This document shows positions 1 through 13,074 of a stretch of DNA of 64,000 bases, piece by piece. The stretch covers positions 1 to 64,000 of the forward strand of contig CBFFRP010000123.1 of NCBI GenBank assembly GCA_965644295.1, given 5' to 3'. The stretch's first letter is position 1. Each line of letters opens with the position of its first letter. The notes beneath the pieces are model-generated. The model ran no database searches. It was not told the origin of the DNA and worked only from the letters and a program-made list of their open reading frames with translations. This DNA is from Paraphysomonas bandaiensis (taxonomy: Eukaryota; Protista; Chrysophyceae). The translations under genes were made by a program, and so were the position numbers.

Positions 1-11
1 ATGTAAATGTC

Positions 12-3000
12 ATGGATTCAGAGGAGAGTACTGAGAATGAACACGTCCATGAACCGAACAGTTTTCTAGAGGCGGAGAGGTCCCCTCAAGCGGACGAATG
101 GAGAACAGCCAGACGAATAGAGAAGAAAGCTCTTTTACGAAGAGGCGTTTTGAAGATAGTACGTCGACCATCTGGGGTCAAATTAATCAGATGTAAGTAT
201 GTTCACAAACTCAAGCGTGACATACTAGGCAACATACAGAAGTATAAAGCTCGACTAGTCGCACTAGGAAATCTTCAGGAGAAAACTGAGGAGGAGCCAT
301 CTACATTTGCACCGGTCGTAAAAGGGATAACTATCAGGCTCGTGATTGCAATTGCTTTTATGTTCCATATGCATGTACACCAGCTTGATGTCAGTTCTGC
401 ATTTTGTTATGCAAATTTAGATGAAGATGTCTACATGTACCCACCTCCAGATGAGGAGCTCAGCAATGGATGGTGCTTTAAACTCATCAAAGCACTATAT
501 GGTTTACGAGCCTCACCGCGTCAGTGGAATCGCCACATCGATAAATTCATAAAGTCAATGCAGTTTAGATCATGCGTGTTAGATACCTGCTTATATTATC
601 GTTGGCACCAAGGCAAACTTACGTTATTACTCCTGTATGTAGATGACATCATTATCGCATCTGTGGATTTTGAATTCCTTGTTTTTGTCAAGAACAAGTT
701 CTGCCAAACGTTTGAAATGAGGGACATGGGAGAGTGCCAAAGTTTCCTAAATATTCGAATCACGAGAGGCGAAGACTGGTTCAAACTAGATCAATCGAAG
801 TATGCGGAGAAAGTGATTCAGAAATTCAACCATGTCATGGGAAACAGTAGAAAGAATACAGGGGGGATTCGAAATAAACGACTGATTTCAGTTTTTTTTC
901 AAAAATACTTTTTTTGACTTTTTTTCATCATATTTTGATTTTGATGGTGTTTTGATGGTATGTTATCCCTCTTAAGACAAGCATCACATACACATCACCC
1001 ACACTCCTCATACGATGCTCCCACCCCCACAATAACAACACACGAGATCAGCGTAAGTTCATGTGACCATATGCATATCTCATAACCCTATATTAGGCTT
1101 AAGAAGAGGGAAGAGAGAGCAGCCATATCCATCGGATGAGAATCACAGAGATGAGCACACAGCAAGAGGAAGGAGGGACGAGACTCCTCTCTGAGCCCTC
1201 GGGGACTGAGGAACAGCGATCAGAGTATTTTATTCGATCTGGAGAGGGGCCGAAAGGCTCTGTGCAGTCAGCATATTCAGACTGCTTCGACGGTCTCTGT
1301 TCACACCAGCACAGAGCAGCACACACACGCAGCTGATATGACTGCGAATGAGATCTGCCATCAGATATCTGTCTATTCATGTATTTGTCAGCCCTCCAAA
1401 AGCTTTTTGGTCTGAGTTTGATGTCATCGGAGGTGTTATGTCGAGGTAACGGCGTTGCATAGATTTTGACTCTGCCTTGTAATATACGTTGAATACAGAC
1501 GTAATATCACACCTATTTCAATAACCGTTGTGGCAACCGCGTACGAAAGAACTGTGGAGGGGTGGATGGAAGTTGGTATGCAGAAGAAGCTCTCAAGGCG
1601 AGGGAGAACAAGTTATCTGCAGGATTAACGGAAGCGGCAGGAAGTGCCTATATCATGCCTTCGCTCTGGGTCTGTGACAACAGAGACCACAGAACTTGTC
1701 AATGAGTGACAGCAGGCTAACGAGTTGGTCCTGGTGTTAATATCTTAGTCTTGTGTTGTCCGCTTTCGCCTCAACAATAAAGTCATTGACACTCATAGGC
1801 ACCATAGCCGATGAGTGGGAGGAGAGACCCCGAAGTAGTGAAGTATAAAGGCTCGGTGCTGTCAGTCTATCTATTCGTTGAGCTGTATCAGAGAGGGCTA
1901 CTGTTCCCACAGCAAAGAACTTCGCACCTTTCACCTCTATTTTTCGATATGACACTGAAGTTTTACCTATATAAGATGATAACGGTGATAAAGGTATATT
2001 TGCTCTGTAGCAACGACGGTACAAGTGCTAATGAAGTTGTACCGCAGGAGTGAGATTGGTGCTTTGGTGAAGAACCCTAATATCAGCTAGGTTGTTGTAC
2101 AGTTCACTTACAGCGGCAGAGGGATGTATGAGGTTCAGAGGTCGATAATGACGGTGTTCGAACAATCCTGCAGTACCAGTTGCGATAATATATGAAGGTA
2201 GTATATATACATAATTATTCATGTTGTTATTCCTCATTTATTTCTATGCAATCAGGAGTTGACAGACACTGGTGCAGTATATTCTGCATCTATTTTTACT
2301 GGAAAACGTGACAGAAGTCGGTTGATTGTCGATTTTAAGTACTTTAATTAGTCAATAACACCTTTGTATTGTATAGCACTATAGTGCACATATATTATGT
2401 ATAATGTAACCGTTTCATTCAACATTTTTTGATCTGTAATTGATAAAATTTTATTAAATGTCATTGCAAACATGTTCTCTTTACATCTACTACACTAATT
2501 ATTGCAATGCGTATCATAAACTCAACTTAAATCGACTTTTTCGATATTTCAACAGGTTTGGCGGTTACATCGACTTATGACCATCTAATCGTTCTTCATT
2601 TATGAGGAATGGCTACCAGATGATGAAATAGAGTCCAGTAGTGGTAGTGGGATCAGTACCAGAAGATGGAATTGCAAGGAGGCAGTATAAAGGTATGTGT
2701 GATGCTTCTAACTATATACCTACCTGTGCATATATAGCGTATGTTTGACTTAATTTTTGACTATATGTAGAAATCGGAGGAAATTCAAATAAGCAAGAAA
2801 AAGTCGGATCAAGATAGCTTTTTTATCACTTTACACAGGTGCAATATCATTTTTATCATTTTCATTCAATTTTCTTGAAATTTTTTTATATCGGGAATAC
2901 ACATATATGATGTTTGTTTAGTTGTACTTGTACATCTATTTACGCGGCGTATGTATCGAAAGATAAAAATATTACCGCAGAATAGTCACTGTTATGTCAT

Positions 3001-4102
3001 TGTGTTTCCTTTGCGCTGTAGATGACGTTCTAATTCGTTTATTTCGTGCAGATATGCTATTTTCAAAATTGTGTCTATTTCACTATTCGATATATATTTG
3101 GTAAAAATCATGATTTTTTTTGGTAATTTGTGTGTAACTGTAGAAGTAAATTAGAATAAGCAAGACCCATGTATTTCAAGATAGCATTTTATATAAGTGT
3201 TCATATGAATCTATCTAGAGCATCTAGCTAGCTAACTAGCTTGACCTAGCATAGCATTCATTAGACTGTCGTTTATTTCGAATCCCCCCTGTAAGGAAGC
3301 TCCGTTGCCATCAAATGCACAAGAACTACTAGCTGCAGAACGGGAACTTACATCAGAACAGGAGGAATGGGTCTCAAAATTTCCGTATCGTAGTATTATT
3401 GGAGCAATCCTGTATCTCGCACTCCACACAAGACCAGATCTCGCCTATGCAATCGGACTACTATCGAGATACAGCAGTAATCCTACATACGCATCGTGTC
3501 GTTTAGCTATTCATTTATTGAAATATTTGAGAGGCACCACCAGCAAAGGAATCAAATTCAGTGGGAGTAAGTTTGATTTACATGTATTTAGTGATGCGGA
3601 CTGGGCAGGTGATATACTAACGAGACGTTCAACTACCGGTTATATTGTATTCTTATGTGCTGGAGCAATCGCATGGCAGTCCAAACTGCAGACTACAGTT
3701 GCAACTTCCAGTATGGAGTCCGAGTATATGGCTGAATATGCGGCCATGCAAGAACTGGTGTGGCTACGGGGGGTGTTACGAGAGCTAGGACTCGCATTGA
3801 CGAAGCCAACCCCATTCTTCATGGACAGCAAGAGTGCAAAAGATCTGTCAGAAAATCCAGTCTACCACAAAAGATCAAAACATATTCAGATAAAGTACCA
3901 CTGGGTTCGGGAACACGTAAATGGAAGTTTTCCTACAGCCAGATTGATTCATGTATCGACTAAGGATATGGCGGCCGACATATTTACAAAAGCGTTATCT
4001 ACAAAGCTCTTTAAACTCCATGAAGAAACTATCACAGGGGAAAAGAGGAGCATTTCAAATGAAGTTGAGAAGAATCAGAAGAAGCGGTTCAAGAAAGGTT
4101 AA
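12..4102 (+). pseudogene. copia pol RT-RNaseH, split by the 859-3291 insertion
   Basis: Removing 859..3291 plus one TA restores ...SRKNKEAPLPSNAQELL..., colinear with SSKNKEAPLPTNVQDLL of the intact copy. Confidence 0.92.
859..3291. mobile_element. 2433-bp non-autonomous TIR DNA transposon with TA target duplication (Tc1/mariner-IS630-like ends)
   Basis: Perfect 24-bp TIRs CAGGGGGGATTCGAAATAAACGAC (859-882) and GTCGTTTATTTCGAATCCCCCCTG (3268-3291), TA on both sides; no recognisable transposase ORF inside. Confidence 0.9.
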
Positions 4103-4268
4103 GGGTGTGTTTTTAGTGGGTAAGAATCCCACATAACTGTGTTACAGCGAAGTGTGATGTTCACAGTATCTTTATGAAGATTTTCACATCCGTTTTATCC
4201 TAAGATGACTAGATGATATATATAGCTGCAGTATAACGACGATTACTCGTTTCTACATTGAGGAGGAG

Positions 4269-4590
4269 TGTTGGAATACGTATGGTTCTCTAAGATAGTA
4301 CTGTAGAATACGTTAAATACAATGTGAAAAACAGTAATACGTAGTCAATAGTCAAAGGTGCTATATAGCTATAACTGTGAAACTGAAGTATTATATCATG
4401 ACGATTCAAGATACGGAAGTTGAGCAGTGGTTGACATGAACGAAATAATTTATCATGTTGTTGACATGTGTTACATGACAACACACACAATTGTGTATAC
4501 AATCATAATAAAGTAATCTATCTAGTTTGACTAACTTAAACTTCTCTTACAACGATCTTAATCATCTGAAAATGGTCATTAGTCAATACA
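4269..4590 (+). repeat. 3' LTR of first copia element (right end approximate)
   Basis: Starts TG directly after the PPT; its 3' part (AATAAA..ATCTATCTAGT..AAAATGGTCATT..CA) aligns with the 3' part of the second element's LTR. Confidence 0.7.
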
Positions 4591-5423
4591 ATTAACTGGG
4601 TACTGTGTTTGAGATGCACAGTCACCGGTCAATGTGCTTGATATGGCTATACTATACTATGTTAAACATCAGCCCTATATTTGTAATTACAGAATAATGA
4701 AGTCATGGTGGCGTAGTAGCGCTAAAGTAATGCAACATCCAGCAATTATGATAAGAGGGAATAGAAGAAATGGAATAATATTGTATAAGTAGGTCTGTAG
4801 ACCTTTCGAGCTCTCAACATAGTAATCTTTGTGACTATGCTGTATTAGCTTTTTGAATAATATCTTTGTTTACTATTAATATAGGAGGGTTCAGTATGGT
4901 GTAAAGTGTAAAGCAATTGTCAAGGAGAAGCCTCGTGCAACTACTCCTCGAAGTTGCTATTCCCTCATCCCTCAGTATCCTTTTGTGGTTGAGATACACT
5001 TGTTGTAGCTTTTATTGAGATTAGGGGCTTTATTGTTTCGAGTTAATCTCGTACACCTTCTGCGTTACTGTAAAGTGAAATATTAACGAAAGCTCCTCAC
5101 AACTTCGATGTTAATAATTATAATTATTCATTAAAAGTCGGGTAAGAACTATAACTAATACTGTACAGAAAAGGAGTTACACACTAAAATCAAAATCCTA
5201 ATGGTACGTAATTGTCACACATGAGTTCGTACGTATACTTTTCGTCTTGCTAAGGATTCATAAAAAGTATGGGAGTACTTCAAGGTAAGTACTACACCTA
5301 CTAAACTCTATAATCTATGACATACTAAAAATCACTGTTGTGCAAATTCCACACCTGAGCATTTACAAATGCAAATCGCGATATTTGAGGAAACATTATC
5401 ATCGGCTCCTGATCACGCAAACG

Positions 5424-6332
5424 TTACGAGTGGCTTTTCTGTCGGGATAAATTTTCGACAGTTGTGCTGTCTTGATCTTTCAAAAACGTATTCAGATCTT
5501 CACTTGTGTCGGACGAGTCGGGAACACAAGCTGAAAGCTTTCTCTTAATAGTAGAATGCTCATCTTTTGTAAGTATAGTACTATCATAGAACCGCTGCAA
5601 GTTTTCGTGTAACTTACTGCCAAAGTCGGAAATAGACCTTACCAGTTCCCGTTGTACAAAGCAGTAATAGTTCCCTCTCCCTACTATTTCATTCAGAGAA
5701 GAATGATTTCCTGTCAATATGAGAGCATACTCGCATAGCCACAGAGCATCCTCCATATTTCCCACATTCCTGCTAAACTTCTTGTTCCTAGCTGATTTTA
5801 TACCGGCACTAACTTGCACTCTAAAGGAGTGAATGGATGTCTGAGATATGTATTTAGGACTCTGCAGCTTTGGGGCAAGCTGTACTTCAGCGAGAGGGGT
5901 TGGTGCGGCTTGATACAATGGTGGAGTTACATCTACATGAGATGGCAATACATCAACTCTCAATACTCCTTCAGGTAGTCCGGTAACACGGGACAGAGTT
6001 GCACTATCACGAAGCGCTTGCATGAGAATCATATTACCAGAATTCGAACAAGGCATAAGATAAACACGATTATTCGGCATCACTACAGGTCTAACTGAAA
6101 GGGTCCAGGGGTCATCTGATCGTACACATATTTCAGGAGGAGGTGCCCTACAGGGCTGCACATTAGAAACAACAGGCACTGGTGGTGACGTCTCAAAAAA
6201 TTGGGATGAAAGTCCAACTTGTTGCAGCCAATTATCGCTTACTTGAGAGGAGGTTGTTCGCATAGGGGGTCGACTGCGTCCAGGGTTTCCCTCAGTGTGT
6301 GATGAGTTACTGTGACTATTATAATGAGACAT
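5424..6332 (-). CDS. Hypothetical protein, 302 aa; Pro/Ser-rich N-half, possible AP2-like DNA-binding segment
   Basis: Single ATG-initiated ORF in AT-rich flanks; segment KYISQTSIHSFRVQV...KKFSRN...EDALWLCE loosely resembles an AP2 fold. Confidence 0.6.
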   Translation of the reverse strand: MSHYNSHSNSSHTEGNPGRSRPPMRTTSSQVSDNWLQQVGLSSQFFETSPPVPVVSNVQPCRAPPPEICVRSDDPWTLSVRPVVMPNNRVYLMPCSNSGNMILMQALRDSATLSRVTGLPEGVLRVDVLPSHVDVTPPLYQAAPTPLAEVQLAPKLQSPKYISQTSIHSFRVQVSAGIKSARNKKFSRNVGNMEDALWLCEYALILTGNHSSLNEIVGRGNYYCFVQRELVRSISDFGSKLHENLQRFYDSTILTKDEHSTIKRKLSACVPDSSDTSEDLNTFLKDQDSTTVENLSRQKSHS

Positions 6333-7126
6333 GACAAGCTTTTAACCACAAGTGAAATTCTCGAAAACGGCTATCAGTAACATTCCAATTTCAACGATCA
6401 TTCATGATAAACACCACCCTGAATCCCGCCCTAACTTCATTTGAATAGACCAAGCTTTGTTGACAACTCTGGTGCATGAGATGTATATAGAACAATCAGA
6501 ATGGGAACAAGGGAAGATGTGCGTGTAAGATTCCCATCATGAGTGTGTATGTAAGTTGATTTTTGTAAAAATGAGTGGTATGAGAGAGTAGTACACACAA
6601 AAATGACACAATAGTGGGAAATATAGAGTATATCGTCTATAAAGTACATAGTTTTCCAGAAACTGGCGATTTAATAAGGGAACATCAATTTCAACGGTAT
6701 TTTCTCCGATTTCCAGAGTTCTAGAGTTCGAATTTCTCCATGGAATTCTACACTCCAAGAAGAGTCGAAATCAGAGAAATAGGCTAAAAATACACATTAT
6801 TAGGCCTAAAAAGTGTGGTATTTTTTGTATTGTAAATCCCAACATATGTAAAAATAACCGTTTTTAAATGTATATCTTTTAGTAACGGCATATGGATATT
6901 GTTGTGTGGATATGTGCGTAGATAAGGTGAAGTATGGTAAAGTATGGTAAAGTATGTGTAATACTGCACTACATCTTCTCATATACATATAGATTGAAGG
7001 CAAGGGATTGTGATCGTCATATATATATATATATATCTATATAGCACTTAAGTTTGTCATTATATATCCTGAGATACATCAGATTCATAGACATTCATAT
7101 TACAGTGTTATTATGATAAGTATATT

Positions 7127-10100
7127 ATGAATAAAGTCTATCCTTTATCAACACAACTCTCATATGCTTTATCAGAAATAAATGATGAATTACTTCATGA
7201 TTATAGTGATGAAGAAGATAATACCATACCATCCATTCCATCAAATGAATTCTTAGATGAATGTGTCGCACAGACACCAGCATATTTACGAAACATATTA
7301 GCTCAGACTAATCCGTGTGATGATTTTCGCCCGTGCTCAAAAACTGTTTTTGGGTTCGTACTATTAGCAGATATATCTGGATTTACAAGACTTTCATCAG
7401 TACTTGATGTGGAGTCTCTCAAATATCATATAAAGTACGTCCATATATTTTCTACAGTGCTGTAATATATATTCACATTTTATGCAGTAAATTCTTTACT
7501 CGTCTGCTGGATACTGTAGAACAACACGGAGGGGACGCAGTTAAATTATGTGGAGATGCAATTTTAATCATATGGACTACTTCTATATCGTCATCTCGAA
7601 CAGTAAAGGAAGATCTGGGGCTAAAGGCCTGTCGGTGCGGTATTGAGCTGCTGAATCGATGCGATAATTATGAGGATTATTCTGGTCCGTCCCCTGTCCT
7701 TCTAAAACTGCACTGCGGCATGAGCGCAGGTGAACTACACTGCATGTGTCTTGGAAACATCGAACGTATGGAGTTCCTTATTTCTGGATCACAGCTAAGT
7801 GATATTGGTTCCGCTGAGTCAGAGGCATCAGCAGGACAAATGTGTGTGTCTCCATTTGCGTATAGTTTTATTAAGAACAGCTTTAGTTTTACCATCACTT
7901 CTATGGGGAACTTTTTGATAGGTTCCGAATCTGTTGTTGCAAATTCTAACACTGAGACACTGTTAAGGCGATTCTCGAGCTACCGTCGCAACAGTAGTCT
8001 TGCGCGAACTCCCTCTGTGTCACCAACTTCTGCGGCAACGAGCCCGACTAGAAATCCCTTCACAGCCTTCTTTTTCGGCAAATCAACCAGTCGAAAGCCC
8101 AGTATAGCAGGAAGAATCACTACTGAAGAGACCTCCAGTCGAAGGCATTGCACTGCAAAGAAGAGACATGAGACTGCAGCTGAAAAAACTGAAAAACTGA
8201 TTTTGAGTATGTCAAGAAGACTTGGAGCAGGAAAGCGAGGTCTTGCAAAGTTCAAGGCCATAGCCTTGGCTACCAAGAGTTCTGTTGCCCTCAGAAAAGT
8301 TGTTCGCAGAAGAAAAGTGTTTACAGTTCTTTCTCTTCCATCATTCAAAGGTGTCAAAGACACGGGGCGCCGGAGAGAGATTATGCGCTTCGTACACCAG
8401 TCGTCGCGCTCATCGGTTTTAGGTGGTACAGGAGACTTTTTGGCTGAAATCAGATATGTAGTTACAATATTTGTTCAGATTTTGAATTTGAACGAAGAGT
8501 TTGATAATGGCGAGTTAGACCGGCCACAACTAGTTATAGTTTCTATATTAGAGCTGCTAGCGAAATTAGGAGGAGCGCTTCGACAGTATGTGGTGGACGA
8601 TAAGGGATGTGTGGTAATATGCTCCTTTGGTGTACCTGGGTTCAGTCACAGAGATAATGAGGTGCGAGCGGTGTTGACTGGACTCGGAATAATGGATGTT
8701 CTCAGTGAACATAAAATAACGTGCCGTATTGGAATATCCTCGGGAAATGCCTACTGTGGCTACTGCGGGTCAGAGAAGCGAAAGGAGTATGTCATACTTG
8801 GCCCGAGCGTAAACTTGGCAGCGCGTCTTATGAGCAAGGCGGCTGAACAACAAATCCTAATTAGTGACAGTGTCTATGACTGTGTTATCCGCGACTTTGA
8901 CTTTCAGATTTTGGACCCGGTGATTGCGAAAGGGTACGATCGTCCAGTACGCGTCTACTCTCCACAAAGGGACATGTCGACTACAGATATGGACACAATG
9001 CTTTCCAAGCGGGTGAGTGCGAGACAGAAACCATTATTAATAGATCGTCGAGCAGAAGTGTACTATTTGAGAGCACATATACATAGCTCGCTTCATACCG
9101 AGACCTGTGGTCAAATAAGTAAGTCCGGTTCAACTGTAGTCGAGAGTGCAGTCAATAACAAGCTTATTATCGAGGCTCCACAAGGATTTGGCAAAACTGC
9201 TCTTGTGAAGTATATACTTGAGGTTGAGGATACGTTGTTACACAATACTCCTATCATCAATTGTCATTTAGCTAGCATGGGGGATTCATTTGAAACTATA
9301 TTACACATATTGCGTGAGATTTTTCATGTCGATACCGATCCAGCTGGGGAATGTAACGATAGCGTATTGAGGTATACCAACGAGTGTAATGATCAGCTTG
9401 TGGAAGTACTAACGTCCCGTGCAATGTCTAGCTACGCGGATGTGTGGTTCGTGTTGTTGCATAGGGAGCAATGTCAAGAGTCTGCCAAATTTGCTTGGAG
9501 ACAGCGCAATAACTACTTGTCTATGAGCTGTAGTCAGGTTGACGCAAAAGACCCATACGAGAGTGATATCGTAAGATCAAAGGGTAAACCTGATATTGCT
9601 GGAGATATTGTCTCTGTCAAGCATATCACTTCAGTGATTCCTCTTATCTCGACAATTGGGGTACTACCTGAAAGTGAGGCTGAGATAGCTGCGTGTCCTG
9701 AAAACGATGTATTTCTGATCTCCCTTCTAGAATTTGTTCTGAGAGAGGCTGTGTCAGGCAGTGCGACCAAAACACTTATTATTGAAGACATGCAGTGGTG
9801 TGACAAAGATTCGTATAAAGTTCTTTTGCGCATGCTGAAATGCATGAAGACAGGGTGTTTTATTGGCACAATGCGTCCCAGAGAGTCTGGTGGCAGGATG
9901 CCGTTTTCGCAAGCAGATTCAGTTGTCGATAAGGGTCATATAGCATTAATCAAAGAATTTAAAACCCAATGTAGCATCATGTCTCTAAAACCGTTTGGTG
10001 CACGTGAAGTGAGAGCGACGATTGAAGCAGTATTAGGCCCAAAGTTGATATCCGAGTCACCCAATGCCTTATCTGATGGCTCTATCTTAAAAATATTACG

Positions 10101-12351
10101 GAATAGTGACAATGGAGTTCCTGGCTCTGTGGTTAAGCTGGTTCAGGATCTCCGTTTGTCTATCGGAAAGTTAAGTGATCGGGATCTGGGAGTGATTAAT
10201 AATGTCGCTCAAACTGCTGTTGATGGCCTCAGCGCTGAGAGTCAAGTAGTATTAAAAGTAGCTGCGGTTTGCGGAACAAAGTTTTGTATAGATTTGGTGG
10301 ACGAAGTACTTCAAAACATGGATTTCTTGACTATTGCAGATAACCTTATGATTCATTTGTCCGAACTAACATCGAGGCGCTTGATTAGGAAAACATACGG
10401 CGTTGTACCCTATTTGAATCAATCGGTTACTGGGACTCGTGGAAGTAGCACTGCCACGTACACGTTTTCGGACAAGTGCATTCGAGAATACGTGTGTCTA
10501 CTCATGCTCGAGAGTCAAAAGATGATGATTCATGCTTGTGTTGCCCGTGTAATAGAAGAACAGTACACCCGATCTCCGGCAAAGTTTTCTCAACATGTAA
10601 TAACGTATTTGGCATTTCATTTCGCGCATACAAATGAAATATCCAAGGAAGTTCTGTATGTCGAAAAAGCAGCTAGTCAAACAGGAAGAAGTAATTTATT
10701 TACAGATTCCTATGATTACTACGAACATCTGGTTGGTATTGCAACGGGATATGCGAAGGTGTCTGACGTTTTGAAAGCATACTACTGTAGCCCGAGGAAG
10801 AAATCACCGTCCTTATCTCTTCATAATTATTCAGAGTTTGAGTCGGTTTTTGTCACCAAACGCTACCTTGCCCCGAATGAGTTCAAAGGCTGCGTGCACA
10901 TTAAGTGTCCGGCTATCTCGCAGTTCCTTTTGATGATATACTTCTGTGAACTCAGTTTGTTAGAATACAGGTGTGTATATAGTTTCTAATATATGGTTGC
11001 TCATTCATGTCTCAGACGTCGGAGATTTGGTATGAGTAGTAATTTGTTTTTGTTTGCGAAGCATATTGGAGGGGGGGACATTGGCTATAAGCAGCAATCC
11101 ATTGTCACATGTTCAGGTCGTTTTATTGAAGTACAGCACCTAGATACGTTGGGTTCCCTTTATTGTGCTCAAGCTGAAATAAATTTAATGCGAGGAGAAA
11201 TCTCGTTGGCATCGAAACACGTGTCACAGGCAGTTTTGTTGCTGAAAAAGGTAAAAACTTCTCAATATACTGTTGCACTAGCATTGCAGTCGACAGTGCT
11301 CATGTGTATGGGGAAAGTTGCGGCTGCTGCCAAATCCATGGAAGATGCAACGGCATTTTATAAAAATTTGTATGACGTTGGTTCGGTGACCAAAGCGCAG
11401 CTACACTATCACTCTGCTCTCAAGAGTGTTTCGACTGCTGATTTTGACGCGGCTCGGGCGGAGCTGTACAGTGGACACATGTGCCACATTGAGGACTCAA
11501 AGCTACTTCAATATGAGTTGTGGAACATACGTGCCTGGATTGATTTTTTCGAGGGAAACACTTCTGCAGCAGAAGCCGTGATGACTGATACTGATACCAC
11601 ATCTCGTAGTCCATGCAGTTCCTTATACACTGTGTGGTGCTTGCAGCTGAGGATCGTCATCAATACACTGAATTGTAAATTTTCACTCGCTAAAAATAAT
11701 TTAACGCTTCTAGAGAATGCACAGCAAGGTCACTATGGGGAGGTTTATCGTCATGCGCTCACTGGCATCTTGGCTGTACTTTCGAAGCATTTCATGTCTT
11801 CAGATATTACTCTCCGTCGAAAATGTGCATCTCTCTTAGTATTCGCTGCCCAAAAGTTTTCACAGCGTACTGATACTACACCGGTTGGTGTCGTGTGCAC
11901 ATTTTTGACGGCATATTCTTGCCTTGCAATATTAAAAAATGATGTATATCTACATTTTGATAAAGGGGGTGGGCTCGCCTATCGCATGAGGTATTACACC
12001 GACTCCTTAATAGGAAAACTGGAAAAATTATCTGTGGGAATGCCGTGTTTGACTGTACTCACGGAAGCGCTTTTAATGAAGAAACAAAGACTCCACAACG
12101 ATAAATTGAACTGGCGAGGTGAATATGTTGCCTCAAAGTTGCCTTCGACTTTTTTTAAACTGCAGAAAGGTGAATATTCTCTCAGTAGATATAGTAAATT
12201 CTCTTTTGGTAGAGCATTTTGGTGCGCAGAAATGTTCGCATGTCGCCAAGCACTTAATTGCGATTCAATTGACAACGAGTATTATCGAATAATGGCATTG
12301 GATACACTTCAAAAATATGGAGTGTCTCCAGATCATCCATTCTTTGACTGA
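7127..12351 (+). CDS. ADCY10: Soluble adenylate cyclase type 10-like protein (two class III cyclase domains + STAND P-loop + helical/TPR-like C-terminus)
   Basis: Exons ~7127-7434, 7488-10970, 11016-12351 join in frame; motifs ADISGFT, GGDAVKLCGDA, DDKG, VNLAARLM, P-loop APQGFGKT, IEDMQWCD. Confidence 0.9.
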
Positions 12352-13074
12352 GTGTTTTAAGTACACCGATTCAGATTGCGTGGGTTATATGTGTTGTGCT
12401 GGTTTTATTTCTTTTATTGCGTTTTTTTAGAGTTCTATTACAATTGTAGCTACAGTGTTGCGTGAAAGCTTTATATATTTCATGGTGCTCATGCATGATG
12501 TTACATTGGAATATTTAATGGTTGTACTATGTTTTTCTTACACATTCTCCCTACATAAAAATATATAATACACGTAGAATTTGTCACTTCTATTACAAAT
12601 TTTCACGGCGACTGTATACATTCTACTCCCTCCAACAACCCCCTAAGTTTTAAGTTCCACTTACAGCTATAATGAAGTTCGAACCCGGTGTCAAGCTGCA
12701 ACTATTATAGAAGTAGGGTGGATATATATGCTGTCCTACAGCTCTAACGTTTACTAATTTTTATGAACATTTCTAGGGATGAGGTGACCATGGAAACAAA
12801 GTAGAGAATATAGTGGGTCATCCCTAGCCCCTAGCGATCTGCAGAACTGAAAAATTGTTCAATCAGCTGGAGAACTGTTATATGCCATATAACTGTGGCA
12901 TCTGGGTATCCACTTCCCGGAACTGCGCCAATTACAATCATAAAACTCTATACAGAATATAGAATATATTACTGTAATAAATAAACTTCACATAATTGCA
13001 TAATATGACAAATAAAAGCTTGTCCCACATTCTCTTGAAAAAAGCTTCTTTTCAAACTAAATTTGGTTCAATAG

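Larger units (their letters stand above)
1..4590 (+). mobile_element. Ty1/copia LTR retrotransposon (3' part; 5' end outside window), disrupted by a nested TIR element
   Basis: RT motifs (QLDVSSAF, YVDDII) in 12..858 and RNase H (DADWAG, KHIQIKYHWVRE) in 3294..4102; polypurine tract GAGGAGGAG before TGTTGG at 4269; protein closely similar to the element at 35.5-41 kb. Confidence 0.93.

Noticed and set aside
1099-2237. Transposase or Fanzor/TnpB within the TIR element
   Set aside because: Only short ORFs; no DDE/D or RuvC/zinc-finger motifs recognisable
4795-4808. 14-bp match CTGTAGACCTTTCG to the LTR of the second copia
   Set aside because: Similarity does not extend on either side
12676-12690. 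tRNA/SINE suggested by B-box-like GTTCGAACCC
   Set aside because: No A-box, acceptor stem or cloverleaf found nearby
12773-12827. Short inverted repeat CTAGGGATGA...TCATCCCTAG
   Set aside because: Only 10 bp, no second copy seen; compatible with chance
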